Assembly: GCA_043228905.1 (NCBI GenBank)
Contig: JBHGNT010000015.1
Coordinates: 11,098,001 to 11,162,000 of the forward strand
DNA: 64,000 bases
Direction of reading: 5' to 3'
Origin: Azolla caroliniana
Taxonomy: Eukaryota > Plantae > Polypodiophyta
Position numbers and translations under genes: made by a program. Positions 51,601 to 64,000 of the stretch are shown here, piece by piece. The notes beneath the pieces are model-generated. The model ran no database searches and had not been told where the DNA came from. It was given only the letters and a program-made list of their open reading frames with translations. Each line of letters opens with the position of its first letter. Position 1 is the first letter of the stretch.

Positions 51601-52722
51601 CTGTACGGACTGAAGCAGGCTCCCCGGCAATGGTACCGGAAGTTCGACTCCTTCATGACCGATCAAGGGTACCACAAGACGTAGGCCGATCACTGCGTCT
51701 TTGTGAAGAAGTTTGAAGGAGGGGACTTCCTGATACTCCTCCTGTACGTGGATGACATGTTGATCGTCGGACGAGACCAAGTAAAAATACGGATGCTGAA
51801 GAAGGCTCTCAACCGGACCTTCTCAATGAAAGACTTGGGTCCGGCAAGACAGATGTTGGGGATGCATATCATTCGGGACCGGTCAAAGAAGCAATTATGG
51901 CTGTCATAGGAGAAGTACGTGACAAAGATGCTTCACCGGTTCAACATGTCAGAAGCAAAACCGGTTGAATCGACACTTCCGGCAAACTGCAGGCTATCCG
52001 GTAAGCAAAGCCCCAAGACGAAAGCAGAGAAGGCGGATATGATGAAGATTCCATATGCCTCCGCCGTCGGGAGCTTGATGTACGCAATGGTTTATACCAG
52101 ACCAGACATAGGATACGCAGTCGGAGTGGTGAGCCGGTTTATGAGCAATCCCGGCAAGGAGCACTGGAACGCGGTCAAATGGATACTCCGGTATTTGAAG
52201 GGCACTTCAAATATGTGTCTCTGATTCAGCTCCGGAAAACCTCAACTGGATGGTTTCACCGATTCGGACATGTCGGCTGATGTGGATACCAGTCGGTCTA
52301 CATTTGGGTATGTGATGACATATGCAGGGGGAGCTGTTTCGTGGCAGTCGAGGCTGCAGAAGACGGTTGCATTGTCAACCACGGAGGCGGAGTACATGGC
52401 AGCTGTGGAAGCCGGCAAGGAAATTTTATGGATGAAGGACTTCATCGGAGAGCTCGGTATACGGCAAGAGGAATACCGACTCTATTGCGACAGTCAAAGT
52501 GCCATCCACCTTGCTAAGAATGCGGCCTACCATTCCCGGACGAAGCATATCCAGCGGAGGTATCACTAGAACCGGGAAAGAGTAGATGACCAAGAGTTCG
52601 AACTGACGAAGATCCACACAGCCGAAAACGGGTCAGATATGCTGACCAAAGTGTTGACACCCGACAAGCTGGACGCATGCCGGAAGAGGATCGGACTGGT
52701 AAGACACCCCATGCCGGAGTGA
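48676..52722 (+). pseudogene. Element I gag-pol, 1349 codons in one frame with five premature stops
   Basis: CFYC knuckle, VDSGAS, HTDVC, YVDDML, TDSDMSA; stops at 50377, 51682, 51907, 52222 and 52567. Confidence 0.93.
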
Positions 52723-55700
52723 AGGGGGAGTTTGTTGGGAGACAGACCCGGTGAGAACCGGATGAAGAGACATATTCGTAAATATGTTACTGAGAGCCCA
52801 TCGAGGCTACATTTGTAAATAGCCGAAAAGTCATATTAGTATAAATATGACTTAGGGCAAACTTTTGTTGCGGTTGTTGTCATTTTTCTTGTTGGGGCAA
52901 GAAGAAGAGAGAGAGTACGTAACGTTGTACAGAGAGAGAGTGAGAAAGAGGTCGTTGCCTCTATTGTAACCGCCGCCTGTGGCGAAGATCTGTGAGCACG
53001 AGGTCGTTGCCTCAGTGAACTCACCATTGTACATTCTTACATAGTGATAGTTTGCTGCCTGTGGGCTGCCGTGGTTTTTCCCCTAGTTTGGGGTTTTCCA
53101 CGTAAACCTCCTGTGTACCTCCTCTCTTCTTTGTGTCATGTTTTATTTCCCGTTTTCTGTGTATCATTCTAAGCTCGGTTGTGGCCGAGCCTTGCGCATA
53201 AGGAACGACCAGTTCCCGACTAGAAACCCACCACGGAACGCTGGTACTGTGGCAAGAAAGGCCACAGGGAGAGCGAGTGCTAGAAAAAGTGTGCCGAGTC
53301 GGAGAGGACTGGTTCCGGATCTGGTTCCAGACATACCGACAAAGGAAACTGGCAGCTATCGCACTACGCCGAAGGATCCAGAAAAATCGGAAAAGGGTCT
53401 GCCTTCGTGCCGAGACACGAAACAAACTCAATGAAGCAGACCACCCCGAAATCGAACGAGGTGTGGTACGTCGACTCCAGCGCGTCAAATCACATGACGA
53501 GCCATAAGGAGTGGTTCTCGTACCTAGAAAAACCGATGCAACCGGGAGTAGTTGCATTCGGAGATGACACTCCGCATCTGATCGCGAATGTTGGAGAAGT
53601 TCACCTGAGCCATGTCGAGCAGAAAGGGAAACTCATGAACGTGCTACACATTTCGACAATCACGAAGAACTTGGTGTTGGTCGGACAGATTGTCAGCCAA
53701 GGGATGGAGGTCCGGTTTACACACCTCAGGTGCTTCATTGAGGAAGAAGGCCGTGTTATTGCGCAAGGGCGCAGAGATGGGAGGATGTTCATCCTCGACT
53801 CTACTGACGGTGGCACCGCAATGTTCGCGAATGGACAAAAAGTCGAGTCGGACATCGACTTATGGCACAAGTGGATAGGCCACGTCAACTAGCAGCGGCT
53901 TCAAGATTTGCAATCGAAACAAGTGGTGTTCGGATTGCCCAAATTTAGTGGCCGGAAGGCACAAATTTGTGAAGCCTGCCATCTTGGGAAGCAACACTGA
54001 ATTCCTTTCCCCAATGAGCATAACCGGAGCCAAAACAAACTCGACTTGGTACACTCCGATGTGTGGGGGGCAGCACAAAACGTTAGTCTTGGCGGGAGCC
54101 GATATTTCGTCTCCTTCATCGACAACTACACGCGGCACACGTGAATCTACCTCATTGAGAGGAAGAGCGAAGTCTTCGACTATTTCCGGGACCTCAAAGG
54201 GTTCGTGGAAACGGAAATAGGAAGAAAGATCAGGTGCCTGCGGTCGGATGGCGGAAAAGAATACTTTTCCGGTCAATTCAACGGTTATCTACAACATATG
54301 GGAATTCGACACGAATTCAGTTGTAGATACACGCCAGAGCAAAACGGTGTGGCCGAGAGGAAAAATCAGTCGGTTGTGGAAGCGGCACAGGCAATGCTAG
54401 AAGAAAAGAGCTTGCCCAAGTTCTATTGGGCCGAGGTGGTACGAACCGCGGTATACATCTAGAATCGGATCGGAGAAAAAGTGTCGGCGCACGAGCTATA
54501 TTTCAGAGCGAAGCCGAACTTGCGACACTTACGAGTGTTCGGTAGCATTGCGTATGTGCATGTGCCGAAGGAGAAACGGAGGAAGCTAGATGCAAAGGCC
54601 GAGATATGTATCTTGGTCGGTTACTCGGACGAGCAGAAGGGTTATAAGTGTTATAACCCGCGCACCAAACAAGCGCGTGTGAGCCGCGACGTTGTGTTTG
54701 ATGAGTCCGCGTCCTGGTACTTGCCTCCGACTCCGGATCTCAACTCCAATCCGAGCTCTAACAATGAGGTCAGCAAGACTGAGATGCCTCCGGATGAACC
54801 TGAAATCGGGACCCGCGAAGAGAATCCGATTTCGTTTCGGTTAAGTGGACAGAGTGGACGACTGAGTTGGTTCGACCAGTCCGATGAAGAGCCGACGAGT
54901 AGTGGAGACTCGGCCATGCATTCCCCGTGCAGGGAGCTGAGGAGACGGCTTACGCGCAAAGAGAAAGGGAAGAAGAAGGTGTCGGATTCCGGCACAGATA
55001 GGCACAGATAGGATACAAAGAGAGGCTCAGACGCAACAACCTCGAATTGTATGTCTTCGCCAATAGGCGGTTACAACAAAAAAGCTTTCTGTATCTCACG
55101 TTGTCTCTCTCTCTCTCTCTCCTTGTCTCTATATAACAGTAATAATGACAACAACTACAAAAACTCTACCATAGTAGTTGCCCTAAGTCATATTTAGACT
55201 TATATGAATTTAGGATTATTTACAAATATAGCCATGATAGGCACATCAAAAACATATTTACAGATATGTCTCTGGATCACCCGGATACCTTTCGGATCCA
55301 TCCAATCCGGTTCGCGAATCTCATCCGGATCCCATCCGGAGGGATCAAATTCTCAACACTCCCCCTCGTCAGTCAGCAACACATGGTCTACATCCGGAAA
55401 TCTTCGAGGGGCCCTCCTCTATCTTAAAGGGTATCATCTTTCTTGGTTCTCGTCCACTGGTTCCTCCATCTGTTCTTCATCCGAATCCTATTTGGGGTCT
55501 TGTCCGGTTTTGGTGTCCAAATCTTCTTCTTCTTCGATCGGTTCGGTCACTTTTCCGACTCCGGCCGGTTCTTGGAGTGTCATCCGACTTTCGGCCAGAT
55601 GGGACCTGTCGGTCAATCAGGAGTCTGTTATCTTCTTCTTCGACTCCCAGTCGGCAATAGTCTTGTCTTCCATGAAGACTATGTCTCAACGCCGAAAGAC

Positions 55701-58104
55701 CTTCTTATCGACCAAGTCCAACACTCGATAGCCAAACTCATCATCGCCGTATCCAAGGAATATGCATGGTCGGGACTTCAGATCCAATTTCTCTCTCTTG
55801 TCCTTTGCTACATGCACGTAGGCGAGTCAACCGAACATCTTTAGATGCCGGTAAGACACGTCTTTACCGATCCATACTTTCTGCGGTGAGTCTCCTTCCA
55901 AGGGCGCTGAGGTCATCTGTTTATCACGTATGTCGCTATCATTAGCGCCTCAACCCAAAACTTCTTGGGCAGCTTAGCATGTGCCAACATGCTCTGGACT
56001 CTCTCCATCACGGTCGAGTTCATCCTTTCGGCCAATCCGTTTAGCTCCGGTGTCTTCAACATGGTGAACTCGAGCCGGATTCCCTTCGACCGGTAGTACT
56101 CCTCACACTACCCCCCGTATTCTCCTCCGTTGTCCGCTCGAACCGCCATCAGCTTTCGGTCAGTTTCCCTTTCCACTCTTGTGTGGAATACCTTGAAGAC
56201 TTATAATACTTGGTCCTTCCTCTTCAGCGGTGATACCCACGGCTTCTGGTTGTGGTCATCTATTAACGTCACAAAGTACTGTGATCCGGCATGTGACTTC
56301 GTGTCCACTTGGCATACATCGGTATGCACAAGTTCCCGCGGTGTATTCCCTATTGTCAATTGCCTTGTCCGGAAAGAGGTTCGGTTCTGCTTGCCGACCA
56401 AGCAATCGGTGTATCTCTCAAGCTACACGTCTTTCACCTCCGGAATGAGGTTATCCTTGGCAAGTTTACGTATCCCTTTCTGGCTCATGTGCCACAACCT
56501 CTTGTGCCACAACTCATCGGCATTTTCGAATGCCACGTTCAGTTCCTCTCGACAGATTCAGGCATGCATCAGGTACAATGTGTTGATCTTCTGGGCTCGG
56601 GCCACGATCAGGCTTCCTTTACAAAACTTCATGACTCTGTTCCGGATGCTACCCGTGTAGCCTTCATCATCTAGCCGACCGGCCGATATCAGGTTCAACC
56701 GAACCTCCGGAACGTGTCAGACATCCTTTAGCAGCAACTTGCACCCGATTAACGTCGCTACGGCATCTTCCCCGGTTACAGTCATCTTCCATGACCAGGG
56801 CCTTCCGATCGGTTCCAGATTCCCAGTCCTTTCGGCGAGCTTCTTCATCCAACAAGCTTGATTTCAACCTTGCTAGGGATAACTATTATCCTTCAAGCTC
56901 GATGTTGCTCAAAGTGACAACTAGCGTCTCCCAACTATCCGGGAGGGAACTGAGTAGGAACAACACAAGAACCTCGTCTGCTAGAGGTACTTCCAACGAG
57001 GTTGATTGATTTATGAGCCCTTGGAATGCATTCATGTGCTCCGCCATGCTGGATTCATCTGGTACCAGAGTCTCACTACCTTCCGGAATACCGAAACCTG
57101 GTTTACGACGTTTTTACTCTCCAACATGGTACCGATTTTCTCCCATAGCACATGAGCCTTACTTTCTTCATTAAAGTTGTTGTATAGGCTCATTTTGATG
57201 TATATTGTCGCCTTCGTATGCATTACCTCTCACGTCGTGGCATCAATCTTGTCTGGTTTCTTGTCCCCAAACTATATCAGCAACCAGTGATCTTTAACCA
57301 TTAGCATGTCCCTCATCTTCGACTTCCACACTGGGTAGTTGGAGTTGGTGAGCTTGAACATGCTATCGAATGATTCTTCCATTTTTCTTTCTTTGTTTGA
57401 AGTTTACAACTTCGCTCTGATACCAGTTTGTGCGGAATAGCGCTTGGCCACAACTGAGTCTCAATCACTCAATGGAAGAAAGCAGAAAATAGAAATAAGA
57501 TTAATGCACTTATAGAGTATGAGACAACACCCGGATGTTTACGTGGAAAACCCTAATGGGGAAAAAACCACGGGAGCCTATAGACTCCAAACTATCACTA
57601 TGAGAAGAAAAGGTTACAACGAGAGATTCAGAGGCAACAACCTCGAGCTCTGTACCTTCACCAACCGGCGGTTACAACAGAAAATACCTTCTATTTTTCT
57701 CTCTCTGTCTCTCTACACTCTATATAACAATAATGACAATTAACACCTAAATTGATTGCCCTAAGTCATATTTATACTTATATGACTTTATGACTATTTA
57801 CAAATATAGCCATGACAGGGGGGGGCTTTCTATTTCTCAGAGGGTATCTCCTATCTTGGTTCTCATCGGTCGGCTCTGTCTCACTCTCTTTTGCCAACTC
57901 CTCGTCCGAATCCAACCGGTCCACTTAGCTCTTCGGCTACCATTCGGCTTTCGGCCGATTGAGTGTGTATCTCATCTAGTAATTCTCTTCCAGTCGGTTG
58001 GGATGGTGATCACTCCATCTCCCAATCGGCAATAGTTTTTTCTTCCATGAATACTATGTCCCAGCTCCTGATAACCTTCTTGCCGATCAAGTCCCATAAC
58101 CAGT

Positions 58105-58453
58105 TGTTTTTGGGTGGGGGGTGGAGCCAATAACAGCTTGACCCTCCCTGCCAAGGGGTTTACACGTGAGGGGGAGAGAGGGGGAGGGGGGGGGGCAAAG
58201 AGAAACAATGAGATAGAGAAATGAGAGGGAAAAGTTTTATATTCCATTCTATGCCCCATAGGGGGTTTGTATAACACATAATATGACTGTTACAAAAAAG
58301 ACCATTACATTCTTGTACACATGCACATAATTGTGCATGTGTTTATACACATTTATCCTTACTCACACTCACACTCATATACATTACACATATACCACAA
58401 ACCCTTTATCACGTTTGACCCTTACACTACCCCGTACACTCCTACGAGTAACA
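58105..58453. mobile_element. Element S: solo LTR (349 bp)
   Basis: TGTT...AACA interrupting copia integrase (FGY|RxWD); flanks CCAGT/CTGGT derive from a CCGGT TSD. Confidence 0.7.
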
Positions 58454-58573
58454 CTGGTAGCCGAATTCGTCTTCACGGTAACCGAGAAATAGACATAGTC
58501 GGCTCTTGGGATCAAGTTTCCCCCTCTGGTCCTTAGTTATATGCACATAGGGAAGGCAATCGAATACCCTCAG

Positions 58574-59251
58574 TGTTAGGAAATAGGTCCCTCCGGATGG
58601 GAAGGAAAGCATGAGCCAAACTGAAGTCCCAGGAACCAACCGGATGAAGGAGAGTGACCCAGATCAATTTGATCCAATGAAGAGTGAGCACTAGATGGGA
58701 TGAGTACGAGCCGAACCAGATGGCTCCGACCCAGAGCTGGATCGGTCGGATGGCATCTGGTTGGATCCGGAGATGAATCCGGAAGAGGACATATCTGTAA
58801 ATATGTTCTGATGTGCCTACTATAGGCTATATTTGTAGATAGCCCATACAATGTTTAAGTATATATACAACTAGGGCGAATCATTAATATTAAGGGACAT
58901 ATAGTTGTTGTTGGTCGTTGCCTTGGTAACTGAGAGTGTGTAGGAGAGTGTGAGAGAGAGTAGTAACTCTGTTGTAACGGTCGTTTGACAAAGAAGAACT
59001 CAAGGTAGTTGCCTTCGAGTTTCTTATTTGTATTCCTCCTGCATATAGTGACATTTTGGAGCTTGTGGACTCCCATGGCTTTTCCATTTTAGGATTTTCC
59101 ACATAAAATACTTGTGTCTCTGTACTTTAGTTTATTTCTGTCATTTCGATCTTTGTACCCACATTTGCACATGTGACAACCGGTTGTGGCCGGTAGTATC
59201 CTCATCAAATTGGTATCAGAGCAAGAGGGACGAACATTTTGGTCGAATGTT
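58574..59251 (+). mobile_element. Element M: 5' LTR plus PBS of a Tork-like copia
   Basis: TGTTAGG 58574 to CATCA 59207, TGGTATCAGAGC 59211-59222; start resembles the I LTR. Confidence 0.85.
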
Positions 59252-59357
59252 TGTAAAGAATTATGTGCAGAAGCCAAGACAACTGGCTCGTCCGGATAAC
59301 AACAGACAATAGAAAATAGAGATGGAGGTTTAATGGAAACCTTAAACACACATACAC

Positions 59358-59401
<44 letters not shown>

Positions 59402-59664
59402 AGAACCAAACTCAACTAAAACAATAATGATCTGTACATACAATGCGCTCAGTAAGACTTTCATACAAGTCCATATAAGGACTGACAGAAGTACTGACAT
59501 GTACTTCAATGCTCATACGAACGACTAACACTAACTCCAAGGAATATGCCTACGTACTAGGCTGGGACCATAGGCCTCCAACGCCGTACTGGTTCACACT
59601 ATTCCGGAGTACGATCTGGTTCGCCGGTCTGGCTCTAGGTTCTGAATACTAATCTATCTGGACA
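59252..59664 (-). mobile_element. Element N: LTR of the L/H/O family
   Basis: tgtaaagaattatgtgcagaagc start, internal (GA)n; right end uncertain and no TSD. Confidence 0.6.
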
Positions 59665-60539
59665 CTGAGTATATATTGAAGGAGGATGGTCTAGAATGCA
59701 TTGTGTGTGGAGAAATCTATAGCCAAAGCTTTGTAGATTATTGCATATCTAGACACCACTAACCTTGTGGAGAGACATTTGCAATTTATTAAATACACAA
59801 CCTTCAGAGTAACAATTAATCGGTCAATTATTGATTTAATGTATGCTTTAATCAATGTATCTTGTACTTGCATTGGAGGTATTGCAATAGAATGATATAT
59901 GCAAAAGCAAAAGGTTTGTGAGAGAGATAGATTCCAACCTCGTACAAATTATAAGGATCAAATTTAAGATTGAAAGAGGCAAGGATGATATTAGAGAGTT
60001 GTGGTTGATAATAATACATTCCAAATTGTGGTTGAAGCAAGATTTTTTTTTGAATTTTCAGCATGAAAACTCCAACTCTATGGTACAATGTCTTGTTGGG
60101 TTGTTCCCTCCTACATGGAGGAAGAGGTCCAAATATTTAATTGGGTCTATGCTTTCCCACATTAGTATGTGGATATGTATATCGTAATGGGTTCAACTTT
60201 ATGTATGAAAACGGCCCAAACAAAATTTCTTCGTAAGGGTAATAAGGGGTTTTCTAGAAACATAACCCGTATTATTACTATTTCTGTTTTTGAGAATATA
60301 CTAAAAAGAACATGGAGCAAGAAAGAAAGAGAAAGAGATAGAAGATAGAAATAGAGTAGCTAGCTACTATTCTTGCCCCGATCGATGACCAAATGACCAC
60401 CGATCGTCTCTAAAGTTTGATGGGTTGCTACTGATACTATCTTCTTCAAATCCAACTGTTGGATTATTGTTTTGATCTCTCTATCTTCATCGATTCTACT
60501 TTAATTAGAATTTTTGAAATTTGCCACTATATGTGATGA

Positions 60540-60840
60540 TTTGTAGAGATTTGTTGATCCAAGGACTTACCTTGAAGATTGTAAAGCCTCTAGTTTCAAA
60601 CTAGAAATGAAAACCTGTTGTACCCACTAGATTATTGATTATTAGTGGAGTGTTGGTGCCGTTGTGAACGGTCCCGTGGTTTTTCCCCACATTGGGGTCT
60701 TCCACGAAAATCTCGGGTCTCTTTGGTCATTTGTTTGTTAGTGTTTCAATGTGGAGTTTCTTGTTGAATTGTTGTCCATATTAGTTTGGTTTCATTGTGA
60801 TCTTATATTTTAAAACACAAGTGGAGAAAAGATTTATTAG
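60540..60840 (+). mobile_element. Decayed copia LTR fragment
   Basis: cccgtggtttttcccc..ggggtcttccacg (60673-60706), the motif shared by the Tork-like LTRs here. Confidence 0.45.
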
Positions 60841-61379
60841 CTTCCGTGTGGAATAGTGGTATTGTCTTGTGCTTCCCCAACATGTCTTAATTCAATGATC
60901 TTATTGTGATTGTCAAGATATTCCAAGTAAATGTAAACATATCCTTGGAATTCGAATGATAATAGAAAGACATTTGCCAACGATGTGTGGCTTTTTTCCA
61001 TTTGTAGATCATGCAACAAAAATGCGAATGGATGATGCAATATACGAACATGTGAAAATGAATGTAGTGGCAAGAAATGATGCAATAGCATACGAGTGTG
61101 ATTCATCATACCTCAATTTCATGTACATACACATAAACATTTACATATATACAACTTGTACCCCTTATAGAAGCTGAATATACAAAAACTATGACTTATG
61201 GTGGCCCCAAAACATGGCGTTCCCATTGAGCCATACCAACTCCACGTCTTTGTGCCTTGTACCATGGATCTGATCCCTAATCTTAGAAGCCGTTTAAGAG
61301 GTGATCTTTGAATATATTGAAATACGAAGTTGGAAGACGCATGCAAAATTTGTTGATTCCAAACCTTGTATGAACTCCT

Positions 61380-61830
61380 CGATGAGCATTAGAATACAAT
61401 GTCGCATATAATGGCCACAATCAATAACACTGGGTTGTGTTGGTATGTGGATCGCTTGATGTTTGTTTTCGAATATAATCTTTTGATCTTTAATGTTGGC
61501 TCAAAGAGTGTTTTACACATAATTGCATACTCAAAAATCCATGAATACTTTCCCTTTCATTACTTTATTTGCATTCAGCCCATTGGGAGTATTCATGATT
61601 TTGATCCTAAGAACCCAATATTCAGCATGAAAGCCAAATACCTATCCAATGGCACAAGTCTAAGTATGGTCTCCACCATAATGTTGTGCACATACAATTG
61701 GACCCATAAAGGATCTACAATCGAAAACTTATCTGATATGGTTTGCAGGTGCATATATTCCAGCCACATGTAGAAAAGGTTCATCGTCCATGTTCTTGCC
61801 ATCTCTCCAGTGTGCATAACGTCTTTAATT
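61380..61830 (-). pseudogene. Ulp1-like (C48) peptidase remnant of a Mutator/CACTA-type DNA transposon
   Basis: Minus strand 61445-61399 reads IPTQPSVIDCGHYMRHC (Q-x4-DCG-x-Y); upstream fragments frameshifted. Confidence 0.42.
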
Positions 61831-63399
61831 CTGATTCACAAGAGCAGCAAGAAAGAATCAACCTTCTACATGCAATTTGGAACTTACTCACAATTCAATA
61901 AATCCAAATGCACATTTGCATCAATTAAACAGGCATCTCAACATATGGCTTAATACAAGCCATACCTTGTGCATCTCTTTCCACTTTTCATATTAGATCA
62001 TCTCAATACATTCCCATAGCCGATGCGAACAGATCCTAAGTTATCTTGATCATCATCTGCATCAGACTAAATCACCACATTGGTTTTGGTCCACCTCTTT
62101 CCGTTTAGTCAGAATTTTTACTCTTCTTGAACTCGACTGATGAAACGACCATGGATCGTTTTGAATTTCGCTTGAATTATTCCCGTCATCTTCTCGTCCT
62201 TGCAACTGATGAGCCCTATAATACAAATACTGTTCGTGATATTATATACGTCCATGATATTAAGGATATACAATACATACTTACATATAAGCTTCGTACC
62301 TTTTCGCAATCTTTGCTTGTATCTTCTCCATCCACTTCTCTTTTGTTGAATCATAAATTTTCAACTCCAGTCTACAGAATTGTTGTATGAATTCATTATT
62401 CATCATAGTTCCAAATGTAATATAATTCAAAATCATAGTTCATTATCTGAAATGTAATATCAAAATCGCAAGGATAAAAGTATATATCAAAATCGTCAGA
62501 ATACAAGGAACTAACAATAAATACTTGTTGAACTCGAAGAAACTTCTAGTTGATGAGTATGTTCACGGGATGTAATATCATCTTTTCTCGAGTGTTTGTT
62601 ACCATCCTAATGGGAATTGTCTAACTCAGACCTCTCTACCTTTGGGAAAGACATGCTCGTAATGATCTCCATTAATAGTGATATCTCCATCTTTCTCGTT
62701 CTCTTACTTATGAAACCCCTTATTACAAAATACATGCTAGCATTTAAAAGAGAAGAAGTTTGGATGCACGCGTTAGAAGAATAGAAAGAAATACATTGTG
62801 GAATGCTGAAAAATAATTGATGGAATAATTACAGAAAAGGTCTAGATAAGGAAACGCAATCGAACATGTACAGAAATACCTTGCCTTGGCCGGCCCTATT
62901 TTCACCACAATCTTGATCCCTCTCAACGAAAATTGAGGATCTAGAGGCCATCTATGCTACCAATAAATAAAAAACAAGCATTATCAAATGGTCTAAGCTG
63001 TATTTTGTTACAGTAATGAAACCAATGTGTTTTTGTGTACCAAACGTTGAGCAATTTGAGAATAGTGGATTACATTTAATGAATATGAAATTCAGTGGAT
63101 TATATGTAATGTTCATACAACAAAATCAAACAAAAAATAAAAACAGAATTTATATAAGCATCTCTCCCTCTCTCAGCCACAAAATCAAATAAAAAGACTT
63201 CGCAAATAGAATAAAAGCAAATACATACCACATATTAGGTATTTGCTGCAATAAAAAGGAAATACATACAAGATAACAAAAGTTCTGAGTAGTTCTCTCA
63301 ATTGCAGCTACAAGTAGTTGACTAGTAATCAGGTTTCATAGATTTCCTTGCAGGTTCAGACTTTGAAATTTCGAGTAGTCCAACCCAGTTTTCGGAGGT

Positions 63400-63640
63400 T
63401 TAGCCATAATTATAATCGGGTTAGATGTAAATTGCGGTCAGGTTAGAACTTATTGTCGGTTTAGAATTGAGGGCAAGTTAGATGCAAAATGGCCGGGTTA
63501 GAAAGTATGCATGGGTTGGGTTAGATGTAGATCCGGGTTAGAAAAAATGGTCAGGTTAGATGTAGATAGCCCAAGTTCAAAATTATGGGTCTGATTGGCA
63601 AATACAATAGCCGATTAGAAATCACGGGGGATACGATTCC
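63400..63640. repeat. Cluster of GGTTAGA motifs, probable DNA-transposon subterminal/TIR region
   Basis: About 9 irregularly spaced (G)GTTAGA motifs, ending at ...gggggatacgattccc. Confidence 0.5.
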
Positions 63641-64000
63641 CATGCTTTCACTAGATAATGATCTAACGATGCAGATTTCACATCATTATCAAAGAACTAC
63701 CTAACGCAAGCATGCGTTGCCGAGATCACCTTCCCTATTTAATATTCGGAACCCAAATGTATCAATCTTTATTTAGCTTGTGGACCTTCGTTATGGTTGT
63801 CTAACTTTACCTTGATTTTTACATGTTTTTAATAGATTATTAGTAGTCTACGTGACAAAGGAAGATAGCTATTGATGAAATTTTGTCGACAAATTATATG
63901 GTCAATGTACATATTTTTGTTAATGCGCACATGTACAAATGCAAATATATTTCCCTAATGTTATTCTCATACATGTATAAATGTATGTTAATGTGAGTGG

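Larger units (their letters stand above)
47946..53221 (+). mobile_element. Element I: full-length Tork-like copia inserted in H gag
   Basis: LTRs 47946-48645 and 52733-53221, PBS 48648-48659, PPT gaagggggag 52721-52730, TSD GGAAA/AGAAA. Confidence 0.96.
46759..55009 (+). mobile_element. Element H: copia (L family), 5' LTR-gag-PR-IN, split by I and 3'-truncated
   Basis: LTR 46759-47089, PBS 47090, gag from 47172, resumes at 53222 (WYCGKKGH, WYVDSSASNHMT, NGVAERKN), ends about 55009. Confidence 0.87.
41638..55358 (-). mobile_element. Element K: Tork-like copia inserted in D, gutted by nested insertions and a deletion
   Basis: 3' LTR 41638-42179 plus PPT, RNaseH end 42190-42430, 5' LTR remnant about 55010-55358; TSD CTCCT/CTCCC restores D's TDEGE-x-ESFEE. 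Confidence 0.8.
28556..57819 (-). mobile_element. Element D: Tork-like copia split by insertions E and K
   Basis: 3' LTR 28556-29036 plus PPT; RNaseH 29050-29640; RT 40684-41637; IN/gag 55359-57382 (ATG 57382, internal gag-PR deletion about 56755); PBS 57414-57425; truncated 5' LTR 57429-57819 closely matching the 3' LTR. Confidence 0.88.
21520..58573 (-). mobile_element. Element B: fragmented Ty1/copia (Tork/Tnt1-like) hosting most of the nest
   Basis: 3' LTR 21520-22055 plus PPT; RNaseH 22070-22522; RT 27609-28555; probable integrase pieces 57820-58104 and 58454-58573 (assignment to B inferred from colinearity); 5' part missing. Confidence 0.7.

Noticed and set aside
55351-55372. LTR apparently primed from an internal PPT-like GAGGGGGAG in pol
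   Set aside because: It is the insertion site of K: TSD CTCCC/CTCCT pairs with 41633-41637 and D's reading frame rejoins
59252-59664. N as the partner LTR of O (21224), enclosing the whole nest
   Set aside because: Same family and orientation but too divergent, with no matching TSD and no adjacent PBS
63400-63620. Interstitial telomere
   Set aside because: Motifs are spaced GGTTAGA, not tandem TTTAGGG/TTAGGG

Overview
Eukaryotic land-plant genomic DNA, probably a fern or other non-seed plant (inferred from the Tcn1-like chromovirus and the (AG)n-containing LTRs). 1-9 kb is AT-rich intergenic DNA with decayed repeats. 9.0-20.3 kb (minus strand) is an 18-exon acetyl-CoA synthetase (ACS) gene that splices into an intact 699-aa reading frame. 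It has one GC-AG intron and an apparent second, alternative first exon encoding a transit-peptide-like N-terminus. 21.2-59.7 kb is one nest of about 14 LTR-retrotransposon insertions (mostly Ty1/copia, one Ty3/gypsy chromovirus), largely resolvable from LTR ends, PBS/PPT and 5-bp TSDs. The chromovirus (element E) is the most unusual object: it has no tRNA PBS but a self-priming signature, a G_UUA_AAC plus stem-loop -1 frameshift signal, a chromodomain, and a tRNA-like Pol III A/B-box module in both LTRs. 60-64 kb holds decayed LTR and DNA-transposon (Ulp1-like) remnants. All coordinates and counts were read by eye; letters are my own element labels.
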